Source: Lepidodermella squamata
Taxonomy: Eukaryota; Animalia; Gastrotricha
Assembly (NCBI GenBank): GCA_047495785.1
Contig: JBLDXI010000017.1
Location: 3,596,001 to 3,660,000, forward strand
Direction of reading: 5' to 3'
DNA length: 64,000 nucleotides
Shown piece after piece: positions 23,883-36,706 of this stretch (its first letter is position 1; every line of letters begins with the position of its first letter). Position numbers and translations under genes: made by a program. Below the pieces are notes generated by a model. That model was not told the DNA's origin. It did not search any database and saw nothing but the letters and a program-made list of their open reading frames with translations.

Positions 23883-25826
23883 ATTTCAATCGATAACTTC
23901 AGCTAACGAAGATAACAAAACATTAATTATAATAATGAAATAAGCGAAGATTCTTATGTTTGTATCAGATCCCAGAGGAGATCACATCACGTTAGCTCAC
24001 ACATCACGTTCATGACAAAAACAGTTGCCTAATGGACTATTGCCAGTAGTTTACTATTGCTAAAATTCGCAATAACATTAGATTTAGCTGATCTCGAGCG
24101 CTGTGAGCGAGAAACTCCCTTTGTCTAGGTGGCCTCTGCACCATAAAAAAAACTATATGATGTGAAATAAAGGAAATGGTGAAAAACACATGTGTCTTCC
24201 ACGTGATTAAAATAAAATAGAAGCTCGACCGAAGGCTTGCAGATCGAAAGGGCCCTCTTTTGTAAGAGGTGCATGCGATAATGGTCCTGTTCAGGGGTTG
24301 AGGACCGGGGTGCCTAATCGGAAATCGTAATTGAAAATATATAAGGATGCTGCAATTCCCACAGATGAAGAGTAGAAGATCTGCTGTCTGCTAGCGACTG
24401 TACCTACTGGGGCTGCTGGCGACCGAAAACAACCTATTTTAGAAACAAGTCCACGGCAGCGCAGCAACTTTGAGACACTCAAAAAACGCAGGGAGGGACA
24501 GAGAAGGAAAAGAGCGGTCCGCGGGAAGTTTCATTCAAACCCGACTAAACCCAATAAAATAATAATTTATAATAATGTATAAATAACTATTAATATTATA
24601 AAATGAGTAATCGCATACATTTTTAGATAAAACTGATTGTTTTATTTGCGGCATGTTTTAATTTACAAAACGTTTTTTGCACGACGCGTAGCGTTTATGC
24701 TGTCTGTTATAGCCCTGAATGCTTCCTCGCTTTCAATCGTTAACAAGGTCACTCAAACCTTTAATATTCACTTACGGCCGACTTCGTCAATCTCATTTTA
24801 CCGGAAGAGCTTGCACGAAATGATGCAAGAAAAACCGCGTTAACATCTGAGTTGATGGGTTTGGAAAACGAAGTCGCTGTGTCGCACGTCTAGGGACATT
24901 GCGCGAGCTGGAATCTGGTATTCATTTACATACTCATGATTGGGGTTTGGGAACACTCGAAGAATTCATAAATGTTAAGATGTGGTAACCACCTTGCAGC
25001 GTACATCGCAAGGATGTTACAGTTTCCAACCATTTGGCTCAGGACTGCGCGAACAATGAACGCTGTCAGGTGTGGCCAAGCACGCAACTAAAAATTCTAC
25101 TTGCGAGTTATCAACGGTGTTGCATCTGTGGCGGTGGGCATCTCGCTAAACAAAGGCTTGTCTTTCGCTTCGACCGTCGGCCGTCGGCCGTCGGCTGTCT
25201 GAACCTGAAGTATCATGGGAAACACCTAAGACATATGAGGGACAATTTTTTGGGAAATTCTTAGGTAACGATAACGGTATCACGACTACTTTGTAAGTGC
25301 TAGCAATACGACTGAAAATAGACTCAATGGTGTGTCGGCATGCAAAAACCGTCTAAAACAACTGTACTCGATTTAATCATAAAGTAGTCGTCGAGGTTCA
25401 AAAGCTTAGCTTGTGATCGAATTTTGCCAAGGTCGCAAGTATAAGAGCAAGTATAGCCATAACACCAATGGACCGTTTTCCAATCTTCTCCACAGAAACA
25501 TTTCGAAACGGGTTTATGATTGACGATATCAGGCAGAGCCGAGCGTTGAATCACTTCATCTGTTATTTCTTAGCAATAGCGACTCGGGTTTCAGGTATTT
25601 GGCTTTCTCAGCCGTTTATTTACCTATCAAGTCAATTCTAAATCACGGGTATCACTGGTTAACAAAATGCAAAACGTAATCGCAAAATCATCCGAAAAAC
25701 GAACATTATCAATTATCAAACTAGTACACGGGGAACAAAATTGTCGCTGACGACTCAAATGTCAAATAAAACGCATGCACATCTAGCATGCCAATATCAA
25801 ACAGAAATAAAACCAAAACCGACAGT

Positions 25827-28800
25827 TCACGAATGCATGATCTTTTGGCACCACTTCCCGTAGGCAGCAATGAAAGCGCAATTTTCAGCAGCGTATTCCT
25901 TTGACGGCACCATTTCAGCAGTAACGGAATGTAACTGACTAATCAGAGAGGCCATTGCCAAAGAGTAGCTGTCGCTTTGGGTTTCCCGGTGAGCGATTTC
26001 CTTTGAAGTGACTACTCGATCGGCAAGATCTAAGGAGTAATCTGTATCAACTTCCGCTCCTTCAGGGCCGATGAAAAGCGAGCGGTAAACAGGAATGGAT
26101 CGCTCAGCGGGCTCAACTAAGGCGTTTTTAAAGTTAAAGAAACATGAAAAACAACTCAAGAGCGGACGTTTAAAATAACTTACCAACAACAGCTGGATCC
26201 ACCGTGGTCTCCATTTTTTCATCGGGTTTATTCTCTTTCTCTGGCACTGGCGCGGCTGGCGTTAGTGTGGGAGTTAGTGTGCTTCTCTTGGGAGTTAGTG
26301 TGCTAGTTCGGCTGCTATCGACAGCTTCAATGCCAGGAACTGAAGGCTCAGAGGGTGTGGATCCAGTTGAGGCCCTTCCCCCTAGCATCATCGCCATTCT
26401 AGAGATGCCTTCGCGTTGTAAACCCATTTTTTTCTCGATATCGGTGAGGGCCAGCTTGAGAACCTATACATTCACGTTAGTAAACTAATGACAAACTCAG
26501 CTGAGTCAAATAACCTCGGCTTGCGGGGTTCGAATGGGCAATCGGCGAACCTCCGTTACATTGAGTTTGGCTAAATCACCAATCGTCTTGATACCTCCAG
26601 CTCGAAGCATAGCTAGCAGCCCATGTTGGCTACAACGGCATCAAAGCACTTACAAAATATCACATTATTCATTTTTCGCTTACAACTGAACACCGGGAGC
26701 AATTTGGGGTAAAATTTCGCCAATAGGCCTAGTGCAATTGACAAGTGCCGGATAAATAGCCGCGTTTTCATTAACAACCGCGACATTATTGGCTTGATTC
26801 GATTCTCCAGTAACGCGAGGGCTCGAAATCACGGAAACATCGACCTTTGTTTCAGCTTTCGCCTGGTTTTGCTCACCCAAGGCGGGTTCTTTGACGGCAG
26901 GGTTAGCCAGTGTGATAGGGACAACTGGGGTAAGCTGAGCTGAAGCGTTCTGCTGCTCCCGTTCGGCTCTACGAGATGATCGCCACGACATAAACACAGA
27001 ATCATGATTTCCCGAGGCGTTGATCGGAGAAATTTCTTTAACGTAGGTTTTCGCGGAGAAACTAACATGGCGCGTCTGGATCATACATAGGTAATATTTT
27101 GAAAATTGAAAAACTGACGGTTTGTACTTACCTTTCGTGCGGGCGATGGCGTGTCAACTATACCGAAACTAGCCGCATTAGGTGCTGCGGTTGACTGAGG
27201 CCTTTTGAGAATGCCTGGGCTGGATGGTGTCCCGCGAGCAGCTCTCATGATTGCCAGGGCGGCTGCGTTTTGTTGTAAGGGTGAGCTGCAGCCGTTAACG
27301 ACATTGGAGGTGGAAGTCGAAGTGGCGTCCATGGGCTCTACCCCGGAACCAGCCGCCTGGGTTGGCGAAGTTTGCGATGCAAGTACAACAGCATCACCTT
27401 CCGTAGCAACTGGTTTTTCTCCTAAGAATACAATTTTTGGAAAAGGTTGAGGCCACTAATAATGCAAATTACCTGTAGGCGATGATGAGCAAATAACGTC
27501 ATCTGAAGCTTGAACGACGCTTTTCTCGTTAATAGCACTGTCTTCAATGACCGGCTCAGTCGGATCGTTGATAACTTCAAGGGACGACTCGACAATATCC
27601 GGCGAACTAGGGCTCTCCTCCTCCAGCTTGTGCGCAGCTTCAGCCGAGTCTGCGACTAGCAGCATGGCATCGACGTCACCCAAATCCTCTTCGACATCGG
27701 ATGGGCTTTCCGAGGCAATCGTTATGTCCATTTGCAATACCGTGTTGCTTTCTGTGGAATCGCTCGAGAATAAATCAAGCGATGACGAGTCCTGGACTGC
27801 ATCTTGGACAGGCTTCTCCTCGTTGCTGTTGTGCAGTTCTGTCAGTGGCGCAGACACGACCGAATTGACAGGAGAAATGATCTTTTCGTCAGCCGTAGGT
27901 TTATCCTCGTTTTGCGAGTTCTGCGATTCCTCAATGACGACAGGCTCTTTGTCCATCTCATCTGTCTTATCTGTAGCTGGAGGCAATTCAGCGCGAGTCA
28001 CCAACGGGCAAAGTTGTCGAGAAGCAACGATGCGGCTTCTTTTGTTTCGAGAAGATGGCCTGCCCTTGTCAATAGATGAATCCGAAGTATTTTGCAGAGA
28101 GGACTCGACGATAATGGTTTCCGATGCTGATTGCGACTCGGGGTCCAAAGTGTTGAAAAGAACCGGAATGTCATCTCTAAAAGTTGTGATTTTTTGTAGA
28201 AAAATTCGATAAAATTGTCTCGCACTTACTTTCGCTCCGTCATGACTTCCAGCTGATGCTCTGTTGCCTTCAGCTTTCTCTTCTTAGCCGACTCAAAAAT
28301 GTCTTGGCTAGCTTCGACAACGACGAAATCAGAGCTGTGTTCCAAGTCTATCGGAGCTGAGCGCTTTCCGAGGACACTTGACGGACGCTTGGTAGACGCC
28401 GTGCTGGCAGTTGACCCAGCAACCGATGCGCGACCACGACCAGTTGTCGAAATCGTATTCGGGCGCCGAGTAGGAGGCGAGAACAACGGCGAAGATGTTG
28501 CGCTTTTAGCAGTCGCCTGGGACTTACCCCTCGATGGCGATGTCAGTAGACTGCCAAACATACCAGCAGTTGTCGCTTGCTCTTCGCTTTTCGTAAGCGG
28601 TTCATCTTTGTTGATTTTCGCTGCCAGCGAGTGGCGTTTCGCACGAGTGCGACCGGTCGAGGCTTCCTCCACCTGGCTCGATGACTGCTGCGTGTCAGGC
28701 ATCAGAGCACAAGCTTGGAGCATTTCCGTTCCGAAAGCCTGCCTATCTTTGCCGGGCGGCCAAATTTCTTTGCTGATTTCGCGCGCGAGTTGCTTCATAT

Positions 28801-31800
28801 CTGTGACTTTGCTGTTGCTCAATTGGGAAACCAAATCAGAGAAACCTTTCGACAAGGGCGAATCCTTATTAGCATCTGAATCAGCAGCAGTTGTCAGAAG
28901 GGCATTTTTAACATCTGTGAAGCGGTTGAGAATAGTCAGAATGCGACGCGCTCCCTCGCTGATAGCTTCACAAATCGAAGATTTCGAAAATTCGTTGCTA
29001 TTTAGAGGCGAAAGACAAATTGTTCCAGCATCAGCGGATTCAACTACTTTCACGCAAGAGGCTAGGAGCGAAGTCGCCACGGGAATTAAGGTGGATGCTA
29101 TTCCCGAAAACTCGTTGATGCTTGTCTCGCCAATAGAAGCACTCAGGGATTCGAAACAGCCGATGAAACACTGGAAAATATGCATCACAGCCTTGAACAT
29201 ACAATGCTAGAAGTAACTAACCTTCAAGTTTGAGCAAACAGGAAATCCGAGAGGGGCACAAGTTGTGGCAGTGGTCTTTTTGCTTTGCTGATGAACGTGT
29301 TCGGCGAAGGTCACAACAGCACTAAGCGACTCGGAAGCCTCTTTACAAGTTGCAGTTACGCACCGGACGAAGGCATTCGAAGCTTCAGATTGTTGCTGGA
29401 CGGTTGAAGCTCGGCTAGTTCGTCTAGTTGCCGTTGTTGACGCGGCGATTATTGCTTTTTCTCGAATCGATTCAAAGCAAAGCGAGGCGAAAGTTAGAAA
29501 TGGCAAAGGCAATGAGCCCGAAGATGTTTCAGCTGGCTTCAAGCTCCTAAAATCGTTAATATTTCGGGTCAAAGTTTAACGCAAAATATTTTAGAGCTTA
29601 CTTGAGCAATTTCGCGCACAGCCTTGCAACTGAACTGCTGCTGCGGGTGAGTCGCGGGGTATCAGTGTCGGGAATGTTACAGAATGTGTCGAACAACTGA
29701 TGCCACCTCTTGGCAATATCCGAAAGTAGCTCTTTGTCGAGAAGACGGCGACACGTTGAGCACTCACACGGCACCACTTTGGAACCGTCTCCCGGTTTCG
29801 GCACTATGCGACAGCAAGACGGTCCATTTGCAACGGGACAAAGGCGAAGAAGCTTGAATGGCACAGCCAAGAATGATATGAAAGCTGGCAATTCGAACGC
29901 TCCAGCACTCTGGAAAAAAATATAATTATTTCGAGATTTAATTGTTAAGAATTGAAGCAAACATCAGCAAGCCATCCATCGCACAGCTCAGCCACCCTTT
30001 GCCAGTTATGAACCCAGCAATATATGACGTAGGATGGCGGAACTGGGTTTTGCTTAGTAGCGATTGCGTTGACTGATTCCAGCAACTTCCAATCGGTTTG
30101 CTGAGCTGTAAGACCCGATGCTGACTTCCTCACCGTTGACAACATTTTCATCAACGCCAACTCGATGCAAGCGATTTGGGGCGACGGATCAGCAGAATTT
30201 GCGAGGGGTGAACAGGCATTTTTAGGACCACACGAAGCGGCGCACTTCGAAACAAGGTCAACCAGACGAGTCAGCAAATCCATTGAGTGATTGTCTGACG
30301 ATATCTGATCAGATCCAACAATATAAGCCGAGGACGGCAGCTCGGTAACAAATGATACCGCCATCCCCTGTAAAAAGATATGAAATTTTAACGAATCGAG
30401 CTAGGTCGCTAGTAGAACGAACAGTCAGAATGGCAGGGTCGATAGGGAGTAAAATACAGCTTCTTAGTATCGTTTCCAGATCTTTCCAGTGTGGTGCCCC
30501 AGAATTTTGCGAACATTCGACGCTTGAAGCCAGCCAAAATAACATCGAGGAGAATAAGCGAGATATGCTCATTCCTATTCCGGAGTACGCTGTAGCATCG
30601 AACTGACTGGATGGAAAATCTCCGGTTGGAGAAGGTAGCGCGGCCGATGATACGGTTTTAGCAAATTCTTCGAAATAAGCTACTAAACCGGTCGATAGGC
30701 ACGCCATGAAATCAGCTTCGCTCAAACCAAGATGGGTGGCTTTAGCCAAGTTTTCACCTAAAATAATTCACTGCGTTTCATGTTAAGTTAAATTCCAAGC
30801 TCTCACTGAGTAATTCACTAGTTGGCATTATCTGATGCTTTTTCTTCAACCAGTTGCCGAGTTTATCGAAGCTGTTACTGCCAAGGCAGGTCATCAAAAG
30901 GCAGTGTAGAACGTCACAGGACGCGGTGATGAGATCATTGCGAACTTTCCCGTGGGTTGAAGCGATTACTGTAACATATAGAGAAGTCATTATCAACTGA
31001 AAAGTGTTAACAGTTAACAAGAAGCTCACGTTTTCCGAAATCCGAAGATGTGTAGTTCTTTGGAGAGGCGACTGTCATCAAAGGTGGCGTAGGCTTGAAA
31101 TTAATGGTATCGCCGGAAACAATTGAAACTAATGGCGCGACGACTTGGGTGAAATTTTCAGGATTAGAAAAGAAAACACAATCGGCATGAGATATCTTAA
31201 CAACGAAGTGCCACCATGCTCTAATTTTTGCAGTCATCAGCTCTGGCGTTCGCAGTTTCGAGTTGGTCAATGACGGCCCAAAACCGGAGAGAATCAGCTT
31301 CCTATGTCGGGAACTGAGTATCACCGCTGGGCACAAACGTAATAGCAACCAGGTACATTAGGAGCAGGATAAATCTTACTTTTATTCTCAGCGAAGTTAT
31401 CAATCAGTGCAGTCCAGACGGTGAAAAAGGACAACGCAGCATCGTGTATCAGCGATTTAGCCAGATAAGTGGCCCAGGCGAGTACAACGTTAACCAAATT
31501 GGCAGAATGTAAGACTTCACCGCAGGATGGTATGAAGATGAGCAGAACTTCACTGACCAGGTGATGAAGGCTGGCAGATCGTGAAAGGTTTCTGATCTGG
31601 TTGCGAAACTAATTAAAACAGAAATAGATAAAGAGATGAACATCAAATTCAGAAAACCTGTTCATTATCCACACTTTTCAAAAGCTCGGATTTCTGTTCT
31701 CGCGAAAAACGGCGAAGGAGAGCTTTGGTAGCTTTGATTAGGCCAACAACAACAATTTGCACGTTTTCGTTATTGTGCAATAATAGCTGAACTGCACTCA

Positions 31801-32440
31801 AATAACTCGCGAAGAAATCTGCAGATGGATGAGCCCGAGAACAGTCGGCATTCTCAATTTTGAGCCACAAATCCGAAAATTGGCGTCTCTGAAAAAATAC
31901 AAGGATTACATGGAAAAATAGAAATTTAAGTCCAACCATTGCAACAGTTAGACTAGACTGTTGAACAACAAATGCCACGCAGCATTGAACAATCAGCATC
32001 GTTACGCTGGAGCTATCACACTTGCATGAATGCATCACATTCAAAAACTTGACAAATCTGATTAAAAAGAAATTCCATTGAAGGGCAAAGGAAAACAACA
32101 AAGAAAACAAACCGATCGATGACCTTATCTTTCAAGACTTTTAGGCAACGGTAAGTCAGCTTCAGTATGGCTTCCCATTCAGATACAGAGGTCTTATCGC
32201 TTAGATTGCTGAGATCATTGACCAAATGAGTAAACAATTCATCCGCATGATCGCTTTCAAATTCCTCGTGGCTGTTGACGAAAAATTATTGCTTTCAAAG
32301 AACAATCCAATAAATACATACCTAGCGATTTTCTGATAAATCCGCATCCGAACAGAGAATAAAGTCGCATTCTTCAACTTTGTAATACAGTTGTCTTTTT
32401 CATGATCGAGCATTTTAACCAACTCTTCTATCGAAAACAT
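25827..32440 (-). CDS. RIF1: Telomere-associated/replication-timing protein RIF1 (multi-exon; start at ATG 32440 or 32413)
   Basis: N-terminal HEAT-like exons (e.g. KIRAWWHFV) and LKATEHQLEV. PP1-docking SPGILKR and ARK|TRHVSF (SILK/RVxF). C-terminal IYPALVNCTRPIGEILPQI and GLLAMLRAGGIKTIGDLAKLNVTEVRRLPIRTP match the RIF1 CII domain. Confidence 0.9.
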
Positions 32441-32981
32441 GATAAAAAAATTAAAATGAACTCTGTGCATTCGAAACGTTTTCCTGAGGCTTTAGCCTGT
32501 CAGGATTAAAGTTTCCGATGATTAAACTCGCAATATTCAACAATAAAATTCAAAAGTGAGGTGACTTATTAAAATAGAAGTTCTTTTCTTGGCGAAGTGA
32601 CACGAGTATACGAGCCTTAATAAGCATACTGATTCAAGAGGGCAATACCCATACACAGACTGCTTCCGCATTTCGTTAATTCGTAAGCTAACTTGGTGGG
32701 ACAAGGTGAGCTTCGAGACTAGGAGAAATAACACCCAACGTCCAATGCTCGTTGACAGGTTGCAACAAGATCTTTTGCATTTTGTAATACAGTTTATACT
32801 CCAAGCGTCGAGTAATAAAGCTCGGCAAATCCCAGAATTGCATCAATCGCATCAATCTAGGTATGCTGTTTCGATTTACCCACAATAGAGGGCTTTTGGG
32901 TTCTGGGTAACGTTACTACGATCTAGAGTCGATTGATGACATCTCAGGGTTTCGATTTCGGGGTTGACTGCTGCGGAGATC

Positions 32982-33109
32982 GATGGGTGTGATCGAAAGA
33001 TAAACCGTAGCTAACTATAAGTTTAACTAGTAGTTAGGCTATCTCTCACATACAAAAGTTCATAGTTAACTTATAGTTAGCTACGGTTTATCTTTCGATC
33101 ACACCCATC
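32982..33109. mobile_element. 128-bp MITE-like element with perfect terminal inverted repeats of about 42 bp
   Basis: GATGGGTGTGATCGAAAGATAAACCGTAGCTAACTATAAGTT ... AACTTATAGTTAGCTACGGTTTATCTTTCGATCACACCCATC. ATC lies directly on both sides (possible 3-bp TSD). Non-coding interior. Confidence 0.8.
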
Positions 33110-33963
33110 ATCGTCTAAGATTTCAATCTCCCGCTACTTGAATAAAAAATGTTTCACTTATAAAAACAATCAACTAATACATAATTTTTAATAAATAATC
33201 TGATCTTTCGCAAATCTGCTAAAAAAATAGTTTGTGCAGATCTCTTTTTTTTCGTTTTGGCTGGTTTCAGGTTAGGGTCAGTTTGGAGTTTGGAGTTAGG
33301 AGTCTCGATTCAGCGTTTTGGCTCTCGTTGCTCGTTGCGGTTTTCTTCCATTTTTCATGCGTTTACTCAGCATACTGTAAGAAATTCAGCGCGCTATTCC
33401 CTTAAACGTAATGCATTGAGCCATAAAAAAGAAGTAACGCGCTACCTTGACGAAAATAACGATTTAAAAGTACGAAATTCATCCGAGAATCGTTTAAAAT
33501 GGGACATTTCAACGTAACTGCCAACGGTCGCTCACGAGCTCCATATTTATTTTATTCTTTTGCGTATTCGGTGTCCGATCTCCGATCTACCTATCCACTT
33601 CTTAGGCTTTGATTCGTCATATTTATTATATCACATCTCTCAATAAATTGCTAGACTAGATGCGGATTGTGAGTCATTACTGCTAGTTTTACTCGGTTAC
33701 TCCTGCTAAACAAATTTAGTTAGAATTCCGATACAGAAATTGGTAAGTTAGTGCCGATTTTGAATCATGCCTGCCAATTATCGTGAGATATGCGTCTAGC
33801 GCTGGCTCTAATTTGTTTGTTCTTGAGCGTTTAGTTGATGATCTCTTATCTTTATTTTAATTCATTGCCATGAGTCATGACGCCTCTTGATATTGTTACT
33901 ATGTCTTTTTAAATGTTACTGTTTTTTATTATAGATGTTGTTATAGTGAAATCATGTTCTATA

Positions 33964-36706
33964 ATGATCGGTAGCAACAGCGATACAACACTTACAAAAG
34001 AAATGCCACCTGATATGCTGGGCGGTTGCTGCGTTTGCTCTGATGAAGAAGGTAAGATTCCTTTGCGGGAAATCATGTTCAATATTAATTTTATTCATAA
34101 ATTTGTATTATAGGCTGGGCAGATAACTCACTCGTTTATTGTGATGGAGAAGGATGCTCGGTAGCAGTCCATCAAGCATGCTACGGTAAGATATTGCTGT
34201 AATGCTGTTAAAGTTCTCTATCATGTTGTTATATAGGAATTCTAAGAGTGCCTGAAGGAAACTGGTATTGCCGGAGATGTGAAGCAATTAGAAGTGCGAA
34301 ATTGACCCCGGCAGAAATTCGATGTGAACTGTGTCACAATAAAGATGGTGCCCTGAAACCTACAGACTCAGGAAAGTGGTGCCACGTGTTATGTGCCTTG
34401 TATATACCTGAAGCGACTTTCGGAGACGTTCAAGCTATGGAACCTATAATTTTAAGAAATGTGCAAAAAGAAAAATTCGGTCGGCAGTGTTCTATATGCA
34501 ATGGAAACCAGGGAGCATGCACCCAATGCAGTTGCAGTAGTGCCACCAATTTGAGCAATCAAGGCAGGTCAGGAACGTCATGTACGGTTTCGTTCCACGT
34601 GACTTGCGCTCAATATCGTGGCTTACTCTGCGAGTTGCAAATTGGCGGCACAACTAGGTCTGTTGATACGAATATACGTGTCATTTTAATACGGGCTATT
34701 TTATAAATCTAGATATCCAGCGTATTGCGATGAGCATATCAAAACCCTTAAACCTGGGTTGAAGCTAAAGCGATTGCCTCCATACAAAGGCCCTCCAGGT
34801 CACCCTCCTAATTCTCATGCTGCAGAAACTCCTGCTCTTCGACCTCGAAGGAAAGAAAACAGTGAAAAGACAAACGGCGGTTTATCGCCGCCTCCTTCTG
34901 GAGCCGAATCTAGTGATAACCCTTCTCGTGCCACAAGATCAGGCCCTGTCACCAGCCCGGAGGGTGAGTTGCTAGTTAATTATGATTGTGCTGTCGTCAA
35001 AATTAATTTTAATCGTTTAGGGAACGCTCACCAATCCTCATCAAATAATGATAAGGATTCCGCGCGACATTCGGCTATCACAGACAAGGAAGCTGAGAAA
35101 GAAAGAAAGAAAGCTAAATTATTGAAAAAGCGGCACGCCGAACAAATGAATGGGCAATCATCTTCGGAAAAGCTATCAACTTCTTCCAAATCACTCTCAG
35201 ATATTGAGAAGAAATCTAGAGGTAGACAAAAAGGGTCTACATCGAAAAAACACTCGGCTTCAGTTTTATCTGGCGATGTTAAAGCTAGTCCAGTTTCACC
35301 CGCTGGCAATGGCCCAAATGGGCTTGTATTTTACGGCCAGTTGAGCGCTGAAGCGGCAATCCGGGTGCGTCATGCATCCGGAAAAGAATCGGGGAAAACA
35401 GCATCAGGAGAAAGTGGCGCAGCAAGCCATAACCAAGGGTCAGGCGATGATGGCAACGGCCATCCTGCTAATGGAAAAATTGATCTCTGGTCCGTATTTT
35501 CTCAAAAGAAGTCAATTCATGGTCCGAATGTTCCGTCCATTTCATCGGTGCTACCCAAACCGGAGCCTAATTCGCTGGAGGAGCTGCTCGATGAAACTTT
35601 CTGGCAAGAAACCGGACGCTTTCTATTGAGTGAAATTCAGCAGTCAGCACCCGCCGACATTGTTGAGCTGTTACATGCCCTCTATCAAATAGAGTTGGAA
35701 AATCAGCAGCTCGAGGCGAAAATTGCCACCATGTCTTCCGCAATCGATGCACAACGCTTGACAGCAGCACGGCTGGCCGTGCCTCTCAATTCTAACCTTC
35801 CGAATTTCCAAGCGTCCAACCAAGGGAATGCCTCGAATGGCAGCGCGTCGAACAGCAGTAACTCAAACTTGCCGCAACAGCAACAATCAACCTCTAGCAG
35901 TCAGGCTAATCAACAACAACAACAGCAACAACAGCAACAGTCTTCGCATCCGCAACAGGCCGCAGCAATACAAGGATTGCCTTTTCTGTTCCCCGGCCAC
36001 ACTGTGACTAATGGTGTTCCTCAGGGTCATCCAACTCAAAACCAAAGTGCCTTCCCTATGAAAACAGCACCCGTATCGAACCCCTCTAACCCACCTGCGA
36101 GTCAACAAAATTCAGGCCAGAAGTCGCTTCCCGCTGCCATACCAACGCCATATGTCATGCCCACTGACATGGCTGCGATGCAGCAAATGCAGTTCCAACT
36201 GTACCAGCATCTTTACCAGCAGCAGCTGCAGCAGCATTTACAGCCGGCTACCAGTACTGGCACAACCCCTCTTCCCCAACAACCCAAGGTAATTATCACT
36301 TTGATTAAGCTAGATTGATGTGATGAAATATAATTTCAATTTCCAGATGGAAGTAGGGAATGCATTTGGAGCTATGTCCCCGCCAATGCTACCTAACCAG
36401 ACCCCGCCCTCGCAAACGTCATCAGCCGCAAGCGTGTTGTCCTCGCTGTCTGGTTTATCGGCGCAGCAACAGCAGCAGCAGCAACGGTCACTTCCGTTGA
36501 AGCTGGTCGAACCAGCGCCTAGCGCTGCAGTTGCCGCGAATTTGATACCCGTTGGCTCGGGTGCTCCGGCGATGCCCCCAGAAGGAGTTCTCGCCCCTCC
36601 GCCGCCGCTCCTCGCTGGTGGCATTATGCCCTCGACGTCTCCTGTGCCGACTGCGAAGAAGCCAACCGCCGAACCAGCTACAGGCAGTGTGACAAAAGTG
36701 GAGTGA
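33964..36706 (+). CDS. MLLT10: AF10/AF17 (Alhambra/ZFP-1) PZP-domain chromatin protein, DOT1L partner
   Basis: MLGGCCVCSDEE|GWADNSLVYCDGEGCSVAVHQACY|GILRVPEGNWYCRRCE..RCELCHNKDGALKPTD..WCHVLCALYIPE is the PHD-Zn knuckle-PHD module. OM-LZ motif SLEELLDE..W..FLL..DIVELLHALYQIELENQQLEAKI. Gln-rich C-terminus. Confidence 0.93.
35870..35960 (+). repeat. CAA/CAG poly-glutamine coding tract in AF10
   Basis: caacaacaacaacagcaacaacagcaacag encodes Q10 inside a Gln-rich segment. Confidence 0.8.

Noticed and set aside
24230-25560. Possible ncRNA or small gene between DCTN2 and RIF1 (GC hairpins, ccgtcgg x3, 76-aa Cys-containing ORF)
   Set aside because: No tRNA, snRNA or snoRNA consensus or protein motif recognised; an Infernal/Rfam search would be needed.
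27547-29210. 221-aa and 303-aa + strand ORFs
   Set aside because: Antisense shadows of large RIF1 exons.
33268-33305. Telomere-like ggttagggt/ggagtt units near RIF1
   Set aside because: A single TTAGGG plus degenerate units; not an interstitial telomeric array.
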